A stretch of 64,000 bases of DNA from Podarcis muralis. Lineage: Eukaryota. The notes under the pieces are model-generated. The model was not told the DNA's origin. It ran no database searches and saw only the letters and a program-made list of their open reading frames with translations. Of the stretch, positions 10,401 through 23,255 are shown one piece after another. Numbering within the stretch: position 1 is the first letter of the stretch; each line of letters starts with the position of its first letter. Both the position numbers and the translations under genes were made by a program. Location: contig NC_135655.1 of NCBI RefSeq assembly GCF_964188315.1, positions 68,820,001 to 68,884,000 of the forward strand, in the 5' to 3' direction.

Positions 10401-13400
10401 AAAGGACAGAAAGCAGGATAGAGGAAAATAATAAAAAGCTCGTTAAATTTAAAAGAGTACTCTCTATGATTCTCACAATGATTATTGATCTGTGTTTTTC
10501 AGTGTCAAAAGCAGCCTGGTGAATATTCCCTTGTTTCATCTTGTAATTCACAACACCCCCTTAGTTCATTCTACTTTCAGGAGGTGGTGAGTTGCAGTCA
10601 ATTAGAACATGCACTGCAACATTCATGAGGCTGATTCTGGTTCAAACCACCCAAATCTGCTTAACAACACATTCTTCCACATGAGGGATGTGAAAATTGT
10701 TCAATGGGCTGATTGTAAAACTGCATAAAATTGGTTCTTATACGTTTACCACATGATGAAGCGGCCAAATACAGTATCCCCAAAAGTCCCTTCCAGTGCT
10801 ATGGGGGTGGGGGACAGGAAGAAAGTGCCTTGATTGGGTAGTCAGGTGAAACAGAGGAAAGGGAGCTCCTGCACCTTTAACAGTTGCATAGAAGACTGAA
10901 TTTCAGCAGGTGCAAGCTGTCATACAAGCTTTATTTGCTCTTCTATGCATCTACTAAAGGTGCGTGTCTCTTTTTCTCTCACCCAGCCAGCCAAAATTCA
11001 AACTATTAAAAAAATTGTTTATGAAGACAAAAAAAGTTATATGAAAACAAAAAGCTCTTCTGAGAGTGGGGGGTTGGTTGGTTGGGTTTTTAAATCTTCA
11101 CTACCATCATATCAGACAATGTGGTGCTGCAGTTTCAGGAACTGTATGTTCAGCAGCCCACTGCTACATGCACATATAACTGGATCCCATTAAGTATTCT
11201 GTTTTTCATATAAATATAATGAATACAACTTTGGAATCATTACTTCCCATCTGAGAAGCTTATGGCTGCAATCCTATGTGCACTTACTTGAGATTAAGCA
11301 CCACTGAACAAAGCGGAACTTATTTCCAAGTAAACATGGCTAGACTTGATCTGCACAAGTATGTGAGATTATTTGGAGGATTGCGAGTGCTGCTGCTTTG
11401 TTATTCCAATAATATTCATCACCCTATCCTTGGTATATAGCAGAGTATTTTGAAGGAAAGAGTATCAACAGTATCTCCAACCTTCTCTTATTTCCATGGT
11501 GATGACACTGTCTGAATGTTGTGACAGCCAACCTGTTTCAGAATCCCTGGTAAACTGTACAATGGTGTCATGCATGAGATTAAAAAATAATAATCAAGTT
11601 TGTAATGCTAGAGAGTTTTGTATAGTAAAACTCAACAAATAAACATTAAAAGCCACTGGATTGACATGGGCTGATTTACTATAAGAGTTTAAGACAAAAT
11701 AACACAATCAACAGTGAAGATGGAAGAAGGAGAGAGTAAAAGTGCATAGAATGAGGCACTTCATCCTAAGGAAGCAGAGAGGGAGGAGGATGAGAAGAGA
11801 GTCCAAGAAAGAAGGAAGGGATTGGGGAAAGCCCACGGCTACAAAGTCTTGGCACTAAGAGTAATAATTGCTCAATAGTAATTTATTTGGCCAAATCAAA
11901 TAAACATTGAACAACCATTGCATCCCAAGTCCCAAGAAATGGGGAGTCCCAAGGCTGAGAGAATGTTCATCCTGTCATGTACTACCAAGCAGAAAATGGA
12001 AATACTAGACCCCCCTGATTTTTTATAGTATATCTTCATCCTGGTCTGGCTTTTGCACTCATATTCCCTGTTCCAGTACTATGAGACTACTTATGTAGGA
12101 TATACAGTATTACATTTAGAGCAGCCTCACTTTTGTTCAGAGAAGCTCTATGTCTTTAATGGCTATGGCTTTTTCCGGTATGGAAATGCAGCAGTTGGAA
12201 AGCAACACGATTGGAATTTGAATGTCATGAAGTTGTTAAAGGCATCCCTAATAATAAATGCAGTTCAATCCAATGCATATTTACTCAGAAGCTTCCAGGC
12301 TGCGTGTGTCTGCATGCCTTCAGAACTGAGCAAAATATATTCAGTATTCCAGAGCCGAAGGCAAAATGAAAAACCTGCCCCAGAAGTCCACAGAACGCAA
12401 CCGAACTTTTTAATTTTTCCACATAAAATCCCAGATATACCTGTGATTGGAGCTGTTCTAATTCAGAGAAAACAGTGAATGGGCATCACAAAACCACATC
12501 CTCAAAAATTATTTCCCCAATATCTCTGACATTAGCCTACCGTGTTTGTGCACACATTAAAATAATAGCAACATATTTATGCCACTTACTAAATTTTACA
12601 TGCTGCTTCGCTCTTTAGAGATAAATATACTCTCATTTAGAAAATAAGTGATAATGCTTTTTTCCAAATTGAACTCCTGTCCCCTATATGTGAAATTGTT
12701 TTCCTCATCCGAGCAACTAAATATGTCAAAATGTCCTGAAATATCTTTGAGCCACCATTTGTAAATACTGAATGACAACAGAAATTATTCACTCCTTTAT
12801 AAATTTCAGCCTGCCATTTTCTCCATGCAGAACCTTTGGGATGAGGACTTTGTTGACTGCAAGAAAAAAAATAGGTATAAAAGGAGAATTCCCTAGATGG
12901 CAAGATTCAGGTTTGGGGACAGTACTCTTCAGTGAGAGAACCCAAGCAGAGTTTAAAAAACACAAAATATGTAGCAAAGTAAAGCGTGGAAATATAGGCA
13001 ATTAGACCTTTAAAATATGTTCATATGAGTTGCAAAATGCTCCTCTTCCTCAGTATAGGAAAATACCACATGTTTGAAAAGTTAAAAATTAGGTTACTTA
13101 CAAACTCTTCAAAGGTCTGGTTCATGTGCTTTTCCATATAGCATTCAGAAAAAGTTGAACGAACAACGAAACTTGACTTAGTTACAGTGGTGAAAGTTCC
13201 TAAATTATTGATAGGGGAACTCAAAAGTTGCTTATAAGAGCCATTCAGCTAAACTGAAGTAACCAGTTTAGACTCTTCACATGCTGAGCTTCTCAGACAG
13301 AATAAGGGGAATAAAGTCTTGATTACCTACTCTCTCCCAAGCTGAGCTACACCTGCCAGAACAGCTAACTCTTTGGTCTTAACCCCTTCATGCATTAGAC

Positions 13401-13658
13401 TTAAACTTGTTGGTTATAGGAGGCTGGTTATCCAACAGATTTTAGGCTGAGTCCTGTTCTTTGACTTTTCAACAACAAAGGGCCACATATTTTGTCACTG
13501 TGTGTGTGTGTTTAGATACAAAAATACATATTTAATGCTGCCAAAATATTTTTTTCTTGAGTTGCATAACTAATGCAGGTATTTAAAGGACAGCATTCTT
13601 CAACTGTTTGGTTTCAATCAACCTATATTTTCCCCTGCCCTCATTTTCTTTTTTTAAG

Positions 13659-13838
13659 CAACCACACAACATTCTCCAGAGACGGTTGATGGAGACAAAC
13701 ATGTCCAGGTTGCGCCACAACCGGGGCAGCTGCTCTCAGAAGAACGAACTCTCACTCCAGACAAATAAACTGAATCAAATGAAACTGGATGGCCCAAAGA
13801 AAACAGAGCAAGAAGACCTCATCCTGGTGTGCTGCCAG
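13659..13838 (+). CDS. NRIP3: NRIP3 exon 2
   Basis: Pyrimidine tract and AG|CAACCA; encodes QPHNILQRRLMETNMSRL...EDLILVCCQ; donor CAG|GTATGC; 180 nt, phase 0-0. Confidence 0.95.
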
Positions 13839-14407
13839 GTATGCTTCATGGGCCTACATTTGATATTTCAGCCAGCCTTCCACTACAATGAGAATGCTGC
13901 ACCCAATTCCCTATGTGGCCGAACCCAAATACAGCCAAAGCTTTATGTGGCGGCAATATTTGTGATCACAGCAGCATTTTTAAGAATCCATTGTGACCAT
14001 GGGGGGATCATTCTTAGTAGCTGCATCTGTCTCCACAGTGTGTTGGTGGGGTTACATTTCATGTTTGCTGGATGAATACATGCCTGGAGCCATCATGTGG
14101 AGGAAAAAATGCACAGTGTGAACCAAGTTATACATAAGTTAGGCAGATAAAATTGATGAGATTTTGAAAAGCACATCCTGGGTGATGGAATACTAAACTT
14201 GAATGAGTGTTCACATGTAAAGCTGGAGAATGAATTTCTTCAAGAGTAGAATTAGTAACTGAGAAATTTGCTTTCCACTGGTGATACAAAAAAAGGGTTC
14301 CAGAGATAGATCACAATGGTGTTTGTTTCCAGAACTCTACACTACAGCACAAATAAAAATCGAAGCTGTCAGCTGATTCTTTCAAATACTCTGTTTTGCC
14401 TCAACAG

Positions 14408-14490
14408 TGCGCTGGGAAGGAACTGCAAGTTGTGGTTGATACTGGATGTCAGAGGAATATCATATCATCTGCATGTCTGGAGCGACTAGG
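14408..14490 (+). CDS. NRIP3: NRIP3 exon 3 (retroviral-type aspartyl protease DTG motif)
   Basis: CAG|TGCGCT; encodes CAGKELQVVVDTGCQRNIISSACLERLG; donor AGG|GTAAGG; 83 nt. Confidence 0.95.
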
Positions 14491-14825
14491 GTAAGGAGTT
14501 TGTTTTCTAGACTGTTAGTTAAAAGCATGTGACAGTGTTCACCTGACCTCACTACTGCACACCAAGATGGACAGGGGAAGGGAGCAGGTCAGTGCTTTGC
14601 AAATCCTCCAGTGGGAGTGCCAGATCTGCTTCACTAATGCATTTGCACTGGGCTGACTTGGAGAGCACGCTTCTTTACCTTTAAGAGCTGGATGGCAGAC
14701 ACAAATTCCACTGGGGATGCTTTTTCCCACACCAGAAAACTGAGTACTTGTTGAATTTCTATCTGTTGCATAACTTTTAAAGGTAAAGGACTGCCAGACA
14801 AAAAGTTGACAATTTTGCTCTAGAG

Positions 14826-14961
14826 CAGGCATAGGCAAACTCCGGCCCCCCAGATGTTTGGGACTACAGTTTTCATGATCCCTGACCACTGGTCCTGTTA
14901 GCTAAGGATGATGGGAATTGTAGTCCCAAACATCTGGAGGGCCAGGGTTTTCCTATGCCTG
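14826..14961. mobile_element. hAT-type MITE (136 bp)
   Basis: TIRs CAGGCATAGG/CCTATGCCTG; 8-bp TSD CTCTAGAG/TTCTAGAG; near-palindromic body. Confidence 0.85.
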
Positions 14962-17900
14962 TTCTAGAGTGAGTTCTCATTGAACAGGGAAAGGTTGTAG
15001 CTTAGTGGTAGAGATGTTTTACATGCAAAGCAGCCCTTGAGTCTTAAGAAGAGCAGGAAAGACTCCCGAATGAAACCCTAAGAACATCAGAAAAACCTTG
15101 GTCTATGGTGTTATCCAACAATCAAGTCCAGGATTAATTTCCCACAATGGCCAACCATACGCCTATGAGAGGTTCACCAACATGATGTAAGTGCAATAGC
15201 ACTCTGGGCACCTATTGCCAGCTAGTGCAGACCAGGGATGCAGAACTTGTGCCACCCCAGATGCTGATGGGAATTGCAGTCCAACAATGTCAGGGGGGTG
15301 GCGGCACAGGTTCTGAACAAGGTGGTAACAATACTGAACTAGATAGATCAAGGAACTAGATGGGCTTGGTATAAGGCAGTTTCCTAGGGTGTTGCAACTT
15401 GAAAGTAGGTTTGCTAACTTTTCAAACTGGTTACTGTAACTGTGTTTTTAACAGCAGTGATATGAAAATATTAGCAAGCCAGGAAAATCATCTCTATACT
15501 TTGACCTTAAGTCTACCTTCTGCCCACTTCTGCTTTTAGAATAACTTTGTGTCTGTGGCTATGGTGCTTTGGAGCACTCTCTACAACTGTGTCCAAAAGA
15601 GGGGAAATGTTGTCTGATGTTTGTATTTGGACTTCCTTTTTGGAGTGTATCTCATGTTAAGTTTCTCATAAACATCTTGTTACAGGAATACTGATCAAAC
15701 AATGGGGGCAGTCAGATGCAAATGAGATTAAAAGCTGTATCTGCAGAAATTCCCTCTTCTATACAACTATTAAAAGTGCAGGAGATCTGCCCTCTATATC
15801 ACCTGCCTGGCCACTCTAAAACCAATTGCTAGGAGGCTGAGTTGCCTGCTTTTGATCTGGCCCCTGCTAAGGTGCCTTTAACAGCTGTTTGATCTGCAGC
15901 AAATTAGCAGATGATGATGTGTGTTTCCATCTTGTGAAAAACTTGCTAATTCCTGCTTTTCAAGATGCTATGAAAGAGACAAGAGCAGGTCAGGCCCATT
16001 TCTTTTTCTCCGCCAGCTGGCAATCCACTCAGATGCATTGTTTGGTATGTCAGCAGCTAAAATCCATGTTGCTAATTGCAAAGGTGATGATAGATGTCTT
16101 TGCTAATTATTTATAGCTGTTAGCTTGTATTCCTCCTTTTTAGATATGATATTGTCTATTTTTTTATTGTTACAGCATTTGGCTGCATAGCATGATGTTG
16201 ATTGAACTGATAAAAGGTTTATTCTGTTTTACTGTTAATCTTAACATCCTTCGAATTCAAGTCCTCTTCCAGTGCACCAGTCAGAGGTGGGAACACCCTA
16301 GTCATTTAAGAAAGACTTCCAAGGCTCCTCCTCTCTTGAAATAATGTCATACCATTTGATGAATTTTTTCCTTAAAAAAAACTCGAGTAAAGTAGTGTGT
16401 TGCAGTGTGGAGTACTGTTGTTCAGGGTTTGGGGCAGCCATCTCCTTGCCCAAGATACTCAATTTTATCCCCCACCTCCCTTGTTCTGCTTCCCATCAAA
16501 ACAAACGCAACATCCTATGGGCCCTGAGCATTGGGCCCTCCCTTAGTCTTTTCTCTTGTTTCTTTTTCTGTATTTTTGCAAATGTTGGGAGTTATTTCAA
16601 GCTTGCTGATGCCTCTCTTGTGTGTGGATGGTGCTATTTTGGCTAAATAAAGAGCTGTATGCAGATTATTAGTTTGTTATTGGTATAGGATGGGTTCTCT
16701 GAAGGTCATGCACTCTTCCTCCTAACTGAGTCTTAATTTGCATATATATTAAGTTCAACCCTTGGACTTAAGCTGAGCCATTTTCAGTATCAGTGCCCTA
16801 TCTTGAAACATGTGAAATACAAATGAAAGAAGTGCCTCTGAGCACATAAGGAGTGTGTAAGCCTTGCCACAACCCAGCACATGAATGTGGGCCTTTGTCA
16901 GAAGAGTTTTTATATTCAGTTGTTGTGACACAGTGGGGAGAGTTGAACTCCAGTCTGCTCTAATTTTTGAAATTATCTTAAAACCTTGTGGGCTCAGACT
17001 GTGCAATCTTAACTTGTGCCAGGGAAATTGGAGCCTATATTTCTTGGGAAGGAAGGAGAGGGAACATTGAATGTTGTACTCGCCATATGGTGATCTGTTC
17101 TTTAGCCATGTATCTCAGCCAGAAGTACTGTCTACCAACCAGGGCAGCACAGAGCGTGCTTCCATGCCAACACACTGATAAATGTTTAAACTTTAGCTAA
17201 CCAAATGAGATCTTCCTTGACAAGGCAATAAAAATTAACATGGGTTCATACACTGACTTGTTTAACTAAAAGGCAGGCACGAGTGCATTGCAATCAGTGC
17301 CCATGTCATAGAAGCATTCATATCTCCTATAAGCAGATCTTAATAATCTGAAGCATAGAAGATGGGGCCCAAACTAGTTATCTTAGAGACTGCCTGCCAA
17401 GTAAAAGGATTGCTGTTCTGAATTCTTAGCATGGAGGGTGGGATACAATTTAATTATCAAGCACAAAATACGCATTAAGTAATTGCAATGTACTTTGCAG
17501 AAAGGGGCTATGGAAATTATTAACATGTTAATCAGAATATTTAACGATGGCAAATTATATAAAGGACTGGGCGTCTTAGCTATCAGAACTGGTCATACGC
17601 TGTACAATATTTAACTTGTTGGAAGATCAAAGGAAGAAAAAGTTGAGGAAATGGATAGAGCATTTTTCTCGTCTTTTGCTCTGATCCATCTAGCTCATTT
17701 AATAGATAGGAGAATGGGTTCTTCAAAGTAACCGTATCAAAGTGCCTTTAGCATTGACTCATCTCTGCATAGGTCATAAATCAGTCACTGATGACTCATG
17801 TTGCAAAGCAGTGCAGTAGAAAAATACCACAAAGGAGGCACAAATGAAAGTAGGTTCTCATGGAAAATGAAAGGAATTATAGCTGTTGGACAGACTGTTT

Positions 17901-19263
17901 TTAAAAAAACAAAAAACCGTCAGTCCAGTACAGGCACACTGTTAGGACAAAGCTAAGAGTGAGGAGGGAAGAATAGCAAGCATTATGGAATTGTGAGTTC
18001 CCTCAGAAGTACTTGGTTTGACCCTATGGAATGTCACAAATCCACTAAGACACTGTCTCCTGTGTAGGCCCCACTGAAAAAAAAGGAAAAGGAAGGATTC
18101 TGTAAGAGCCCAGCCAATAGTATGTTGTGATATCAGAAGCATTTTTTTTTAAAAAAAACCCTTTTAAAAATAGATAACTAAATGTTTATATAACCAACAT
18201 TTTAAATTTAACATATAAATTTAAAAGATCCCCAAGATGTATACATTTCCCCAGCTCTCTCTCTGTGTCTCATCTAATCGCCTGCCTAATTCCATCATGC
18301 TCAGCTTTTCTTTTCCCTATAGGAACTCTGCTCTGGTCATCCTAGGAAGGTCCAAACATGGTGGTTGCCCATAACCCTGTTTGGATGCTGTAAGAGCATG
18401 GCTGAAAGCATGGGATGCAGCCCTGGAAGAGATTTATTATTCAAGGACGCCTCTAGAGACGCTGCAGGAAAGTGCGTGTCCAGAACGCACCATCCTGACC
18501 TTGTCTATTATGTAATGGGGCAAGAAATTAGCACAGACTAAACTCCCCAGTGGGTTTGATCCACAGGGATTAGATATCCTATCCAAGCTCATCCAATTGC
18601 TGAAATAAGCACGGTGATGAAAATGCCCTAAGAAAAAACAAGTCTAAGAAACAGAGGGAAGAATTCTCATTTTTAGCTGAATGGTAGTTCTGGTAGATCA
18701 GAAAAATCGCTATACTCTTCTTGAGCACTCCCCAGACGTGGATTTGGTTTAGCGTAAAGAGGGGGTATGTAAGAAATGAAAAGAATCCAAATAATCCTCA
18801 AATGTTACTTGACAGAGCAGTAGAACATTGTGTATTAGCGAAAGACAAAAGGCTTGCCAGGTTTTAATGTCTTACTAATTTGTTCCTTTTTCCCACGAGT
18901 CAGGCTAGCACAATCTGCCACTAAGCAAAAACATCCGTGCTTTCTTCTTTCTGTAAAAGTGCCCGTTGTCACCCTTGTTGTTCATATGAATTTTAGACAT
19001 ATTGGCACAAAGAATAAGAGGTAACCAACAAATTAAAAGTATAAGAGTGGGACCGTGACAATATAAATTAAAAGCATTTGCAGACAATGCGGTGATATCT
19101 GTGGAAGAACCAACAGAGTCAATCCCGAAAGTCTTACAAGAGTTTTAAAAAAAGGGGGGGTGTAGCAGGATTTAAGATTAATAAAGACAAATCAAACTCT
19201 TGGTAAAAAATATGAATGATGAGAACAAAAATTACAAGATGTGTCAGGACTAAAGATTGAAAG

Positions 19264-19367
19264 AAAGGTAAAGTATCTAGGTGTATACCCCCCCTGACCG
19301 TACGGTCCAGTCTTGACAGACTCTAGGGTTGTGCGCCCATCTCACTTAAGAGGCCGAGGGCCAGCGC
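19264..19367 (-). mobile_element. 5'-truncated Sauria SINE
   Basis: AAAGGTAAAG tail plus GACTCTAGGGTTGTGCGCCCATCTC body, the same as the copy at 50409. Confidence 0.75.
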
Positions 19368-19550
19368 ACAGCAAATAATATAAACCTGTATAAAAATAAT
19401 TATTTATCTGTATCAGATACTAATTACAGAGTAGGAATGACTATGCTCAGTTCCAGGATACAACACAACACAACACAACACAACACAAGTACTGGCATCC
19501 TAAAATGAACAAACTCCTGACGTAAACCCAGTGACTTTTTCCTTGTGCAG

Positions 19551-19690
19551 ATTAAAGGAGCACATGAAACCCTATAAGCCCGAAGGCGAGAAGATTTCAT
19601 TGCCACACAGTATGAAAGTGATTGGCCACATAGAACACCTGGTTCTTACCATGGGGACTATTCACGTGGATTGTTCAGCAATTGTGGCAG
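19551..19690 (+). CDS. NRIP3: NRIP3 exon 4
   Basis: CAG|ATTAAA; encodes LKEHMKPYKPEGEKISLPHSMKVIGHIEHLVLTMGTIHVDCSAIVA; donor CAG|GTGAGT; phases fit exons 3 and 5. Confidence 0.95.
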
Positions 19691-20214
19691 GTGAGTGTTC
19701 AGGCAGGTTAGATGCCATACAAGTATAGTACTTGTTAAACCTATTTTTGTACATTGTGGTGCAATTTGTAAGTTTATTTGGTAAACAGGTTTGGGAGGCT
19801 TTTGACTTGTTTCTAAAATCTGTTGGATTGAGAGTATAAAAATATGTTGCGGTTGTACCCTAAGAAGCCAAACCTCTCTCAATTCACTGTCAGTTTCCTT
19901 TTTTTAAAAAAAATCTATTTGGTTGGATCCAGACTAAATTAATCGAGCTTAGGGCTGTTGTGTGGCATACTTGTTAGAGTATCTTTCACCATGACTACTG
20001 GCTCTGTAAGTTAGGGCAGATGGAAGCTGCAGCCTAGAAGCATCTGGAGGACATCAGGTTAGGGAAGGAGGGCTAAAACAGTCTTAGCCAACCTGGTGCC
20101 CTCCAGCTGTTTTGGACTACAACTCCCATTAGAGCTGTTAAGCATGTTGGACTAGGACTGGGAAGACAGGTTCAAATACCCACTCAGCCATGAAGTTAAC
20201 TGGATGGCCTAGGG

Positions 20215-20701
20215 CAGGGGTGCCCAACAGTGGTGTAGCGTGGGGGGTGCAGGGGGGGCCGGCCACACCGGGCGCAACATCTGGGGGGGGCGCGCGCTTG
20301 CACTCGCAGCTCTCTGCCCCTACCTGGCTCACTCACTCGCTCTCAGTTAGGGGGCGCAAATTACTTGCCTTGCCCCGGGTGCTGACAACCCACGCTACGC
20401 CACTGGTGCCCAAACATTTTTCAAAGAGGGCCAGATTTGATGGAAGTGAATATGCATGAGGGCTGACCAAAGTTGAGCTTTTTTTTAGGATTGAAGAGCT
20501 TTTTGGGGGATGTCCCCCCAAGGTTTATTGACCTTTTTAAAGGATTTGATAGCAATAAATGAATGAACTGCCACAGGGGCCTGATAAAACCGGCCGGAGG
20601 GCCGAATTGGGCCCCAAAGCAGACTTTGGATATGCCTGCCTTAAAACTAGCACAAAATAACCCATATATAAAACACAGTACTTGTTGCTTCTTGTTATGT
20701 G

Positions 20702-20742
<41 letters not shown>

Positions 20743-21643
20743 AAACACGGTACTTGTTGGTTCTAGCTCCTGAAAGCTCTATTGTAAAAGACCTCCAACC
20801 CCTTTGCCACCATCTATTTCCCGAATTCTTCCGTTGTCCCCCTGTTGTTGTCTTTTTATAATATAGCATTCATCAAGAATACAAACAGCAAGTAATGGAT
20901 ACTGGTCACCAGCTACAAAGCGAAATGAGGTGGAAAATAATAGCAGCATGCTAAAATTGTACTTTGGCTTCAGGATCAGTGCTACAAACTTTTCTGTTTG
21001 TTTGTTTTTTGGAGGGGGGGGAGGAAAGCTGCACCCTACTTTGCTAAATTCCGACTTATCCTCATGAGGGAGGTTATAATCCCACCGACACCAGCCCCAT
21101 ATTTTTTCCACCTCTCTGACTTCCCCCTCTCTCATATCTATATCTATATCTATATCGGGGGAGGCAGCCTCGCCTGCACAATAAGCGATAAAAAGAATGG
21201 CGCTGCTGCTGCTGGGCTTTTCTTCGCGGGCTTTCTGCTGGGTGGGGCGGGTGAGGCGGAGAGCGCTCTGCACATGCTCAGGAGACCCCTTAGCCCACAA
21301 TAAACACCCCCCCGGACCCTCAGGAGGCAGCCCGGCCTCTCTTTGCGGCTCCCTACCTGCACTGCTCCCGGACGAGGCTCCGCTGTTCTCCTCCACGGGC
21401 ATCGCGCCGTCGCTTCTGACTCGCGCCGGGTTTCGAACGCCTTGCAGCGCTTCCGGCGGAGTGAGCGGGGGAGGGGGGGGAAACCGTGCGCTTTCCAAAT
21501 ATCGCGAGATAAAAGCGGCGGCTTCGCGGGAAACTGCCGAGACAACAAATCCCTAGACTGGCGGCCGGTGGTGGCTACACAGGCCACATGACGAGGTCTG
21601 GCGGGCCGGATTCGGCCCGCGGACCTTGTGTTTGACACCCGTG
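20215..21643. mobile_element. Non-autonomous composite hAT element (1.43 kb) with CpG-rich cargo
   Basis: Exact 8-bp TSD GCCTAGGG at 20207-20214 and 21644-21651; ends CAGGGGTGCCCAAAC / GTTTGACACCCGTG; no transposase ORF. Confidence 0.85.
20228..20405. mobile_element. 178-bp hAT MITE inserted in the left TIR of the outer element
   Basis: TIRs CAGTGGTGTAGCGTGGG / CCCACGCTACGCCACTG; exact 8-bp TSD GTGCCCAA at 20220-20227 and 20406-20413. Confidence 0.92.
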
Positions 21644-23001
21644 GCCTAGGGTCAATCACTGCCTTGCAACATAACAGGGTTCTTGTGAGGATAAAATGGG
21701 ATAAAGAACCATGTTGCTGCCCTGAGATCCTCAGAGGAAGGGTAGGATATAAACTCTTTGTAAAAGGAAAATGCAAAAGCCTTACTTGCCACTGATTTCA
21801 ATGAGAACTAACTAACATTACTTCCAATCCTCTAAGTGCAACTAACTCACTCTAGGCCCAACCCTATTGGATTAAAGTGACTCACAGTGGAAGGACCCAT
21901 CCTCAGTAATGGAACACATGCTTGGAATGTATGAGAACACAGCTTAAATCCCTAGTTTCTCAAGTTTAAAAGGTTTAAAAGTTTAAAACCATTTACCAGA
22001 GATGAAAGTAGGATAAGTACATATACCAGAAGTTGAAATTCCTTTTTCCAATTGCCTTTTAAAACTTTCTTTCAGCTGTCTCCAGCCAGCTACTTTATAA
22101 TTTCCATTTCACACATTTCTATGTGAATTTAAGCTTGTGCTTTGGACAGGAATGCTTTGGGGACTGACCAAGAAGGGGATTATAGTTAGTACATTGCTTT
22201 TCCTAGCTTAATTTGGGCATGCAGAATCATGTTCTCTTAGAACAAGTGAAAGTATTAAAGTTATTAAGCACCTCTCAATACGCCTTTCCCACACCATCAA
22301 GTAAAGACAATCAGACTACAAAGTTCTGAGATTAAGCAGCAGGGTTACAAACTCAGGGTATAATTTATATAACTGTATTAGAAATATCTATATATTTATT
22401 TGGATAATAAGTATATATGAGTATATATGAACTGAAATTTTTAACTGTTAAGTGTCATAGTGATATACTAAACCCTAAAATAAATAATAATAATGATAGA
22501 GTATTATTTCCAGGCAGTACTGGCACCTCTCATGTATAAATGACAGCCTTTACAATTCTAAATTTGGCTCAACAGAAACTACCCTGAGATCACTAAGAAT
22601 TCTTTGCCATCAGCAATGATTTATTATCACTGTTCTACAGAGGAATCAATTCAGTGACTTAGATATAAGGAACAGGTCACAGAAAGAACGGTTACTTGCC
22701 TGAAAAGAAAATTCAGAAAGGAAAAGAAATTAATACATCCTTCAGCACTATTGATTAATACTTGGTTTCACAGAACAAGCAAAGGATAAGATTTACATAG
22801 TGACTGAACTATTAAGAAGGGTAAAGTGTGAGGGAAGAGCAGGTTATTCTCCGGCTGCTTTAGACAAATTGAGTTGGCAGGGACCCCTTCACCGCACTAA
22901 GGGACCTAACACATCTCATGGAAATATGAGCTTGTGTATGTGTTAGATTGATTCATCATAGCATTTTATCTCTATCTGAACATGTTTCTCTCCCTTTCCA
23001 G

Positions 23002-23054
23002 AAGATAATGATAAAAACTTCTCCCTGGGGTTACAGACACTGAAATCTTTGAAG
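23002..23054 (+). CDS. NRIP3: NRIP3 exon 5
   Basis: TTCCAG|AAGAT; encodes (E)DNDKNFSLGLQTLKSLK; donor AAG|GTAAAA. Confidence 0.93.
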
Positions 23055-23160
23055 GTAAAACTCTGTTTCCCTCCCAACTTTTGGTATCCCCTATTTTCTT
23101 TTACTGAGGTGATCTTAACCTGTTGTCTAATTTGTTTTCTTATATTCCCTCTAATTTTAG

Positions 23161-23255
23161 TGTGTGATAAACCTTGAAAAGTATCACTTGATCTTGGGGA
23201 AGACAGACAGGGTAGAAATTCCTTTTGTCATTAATGCCTCTGCACACGAAGAGAA
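23161..23255 (+). CDS. NRIP3: NRIP3 exon 6
   Basis: TTTTAG|TGTGTG; encodes CVINLEKYHLILGKTDRVEIPFVINASAHEE(N); donor GAA|GTGAGT; preceded by a 106-nt intron. Confidence 0.93.

Larger units (their letters stand above)
20137..21756 (+). mobile_element. tRNA-derived (CORE/Squam-like) SINE split by a hAT insertion; halves at 20137-20214 and 21652-21756
   Basis: Joining the halves through one TSD copy restores GGTTCAAATACCCACTCAGCCATGAAG...TGGCCTAGGGTCAATCA...GTGAGGATAAAATGG...GGTAGGATATAAA. Confidence 0.7.

Noticed and set aside
17430-17830. AT-rich block with TAAT motifs and an AP-1 site (TGACTCA) as a conserved enhancer
   Set aside because: Conservation cannot be assessed from this sequence, and these motifs are too common to support a call.
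21425-21445. Minus-strand GTTCGAAAC (Pol III B-box) as a tRNA gene
   Set aside because: No T-arm stem pairing, A-box or cloverleaf.
20779-21776. Several 100-240 aa ORFs on both strands
   Set aside because: Explained by high GC and stop depletion in the hAT cargo; no transposase or other domain.
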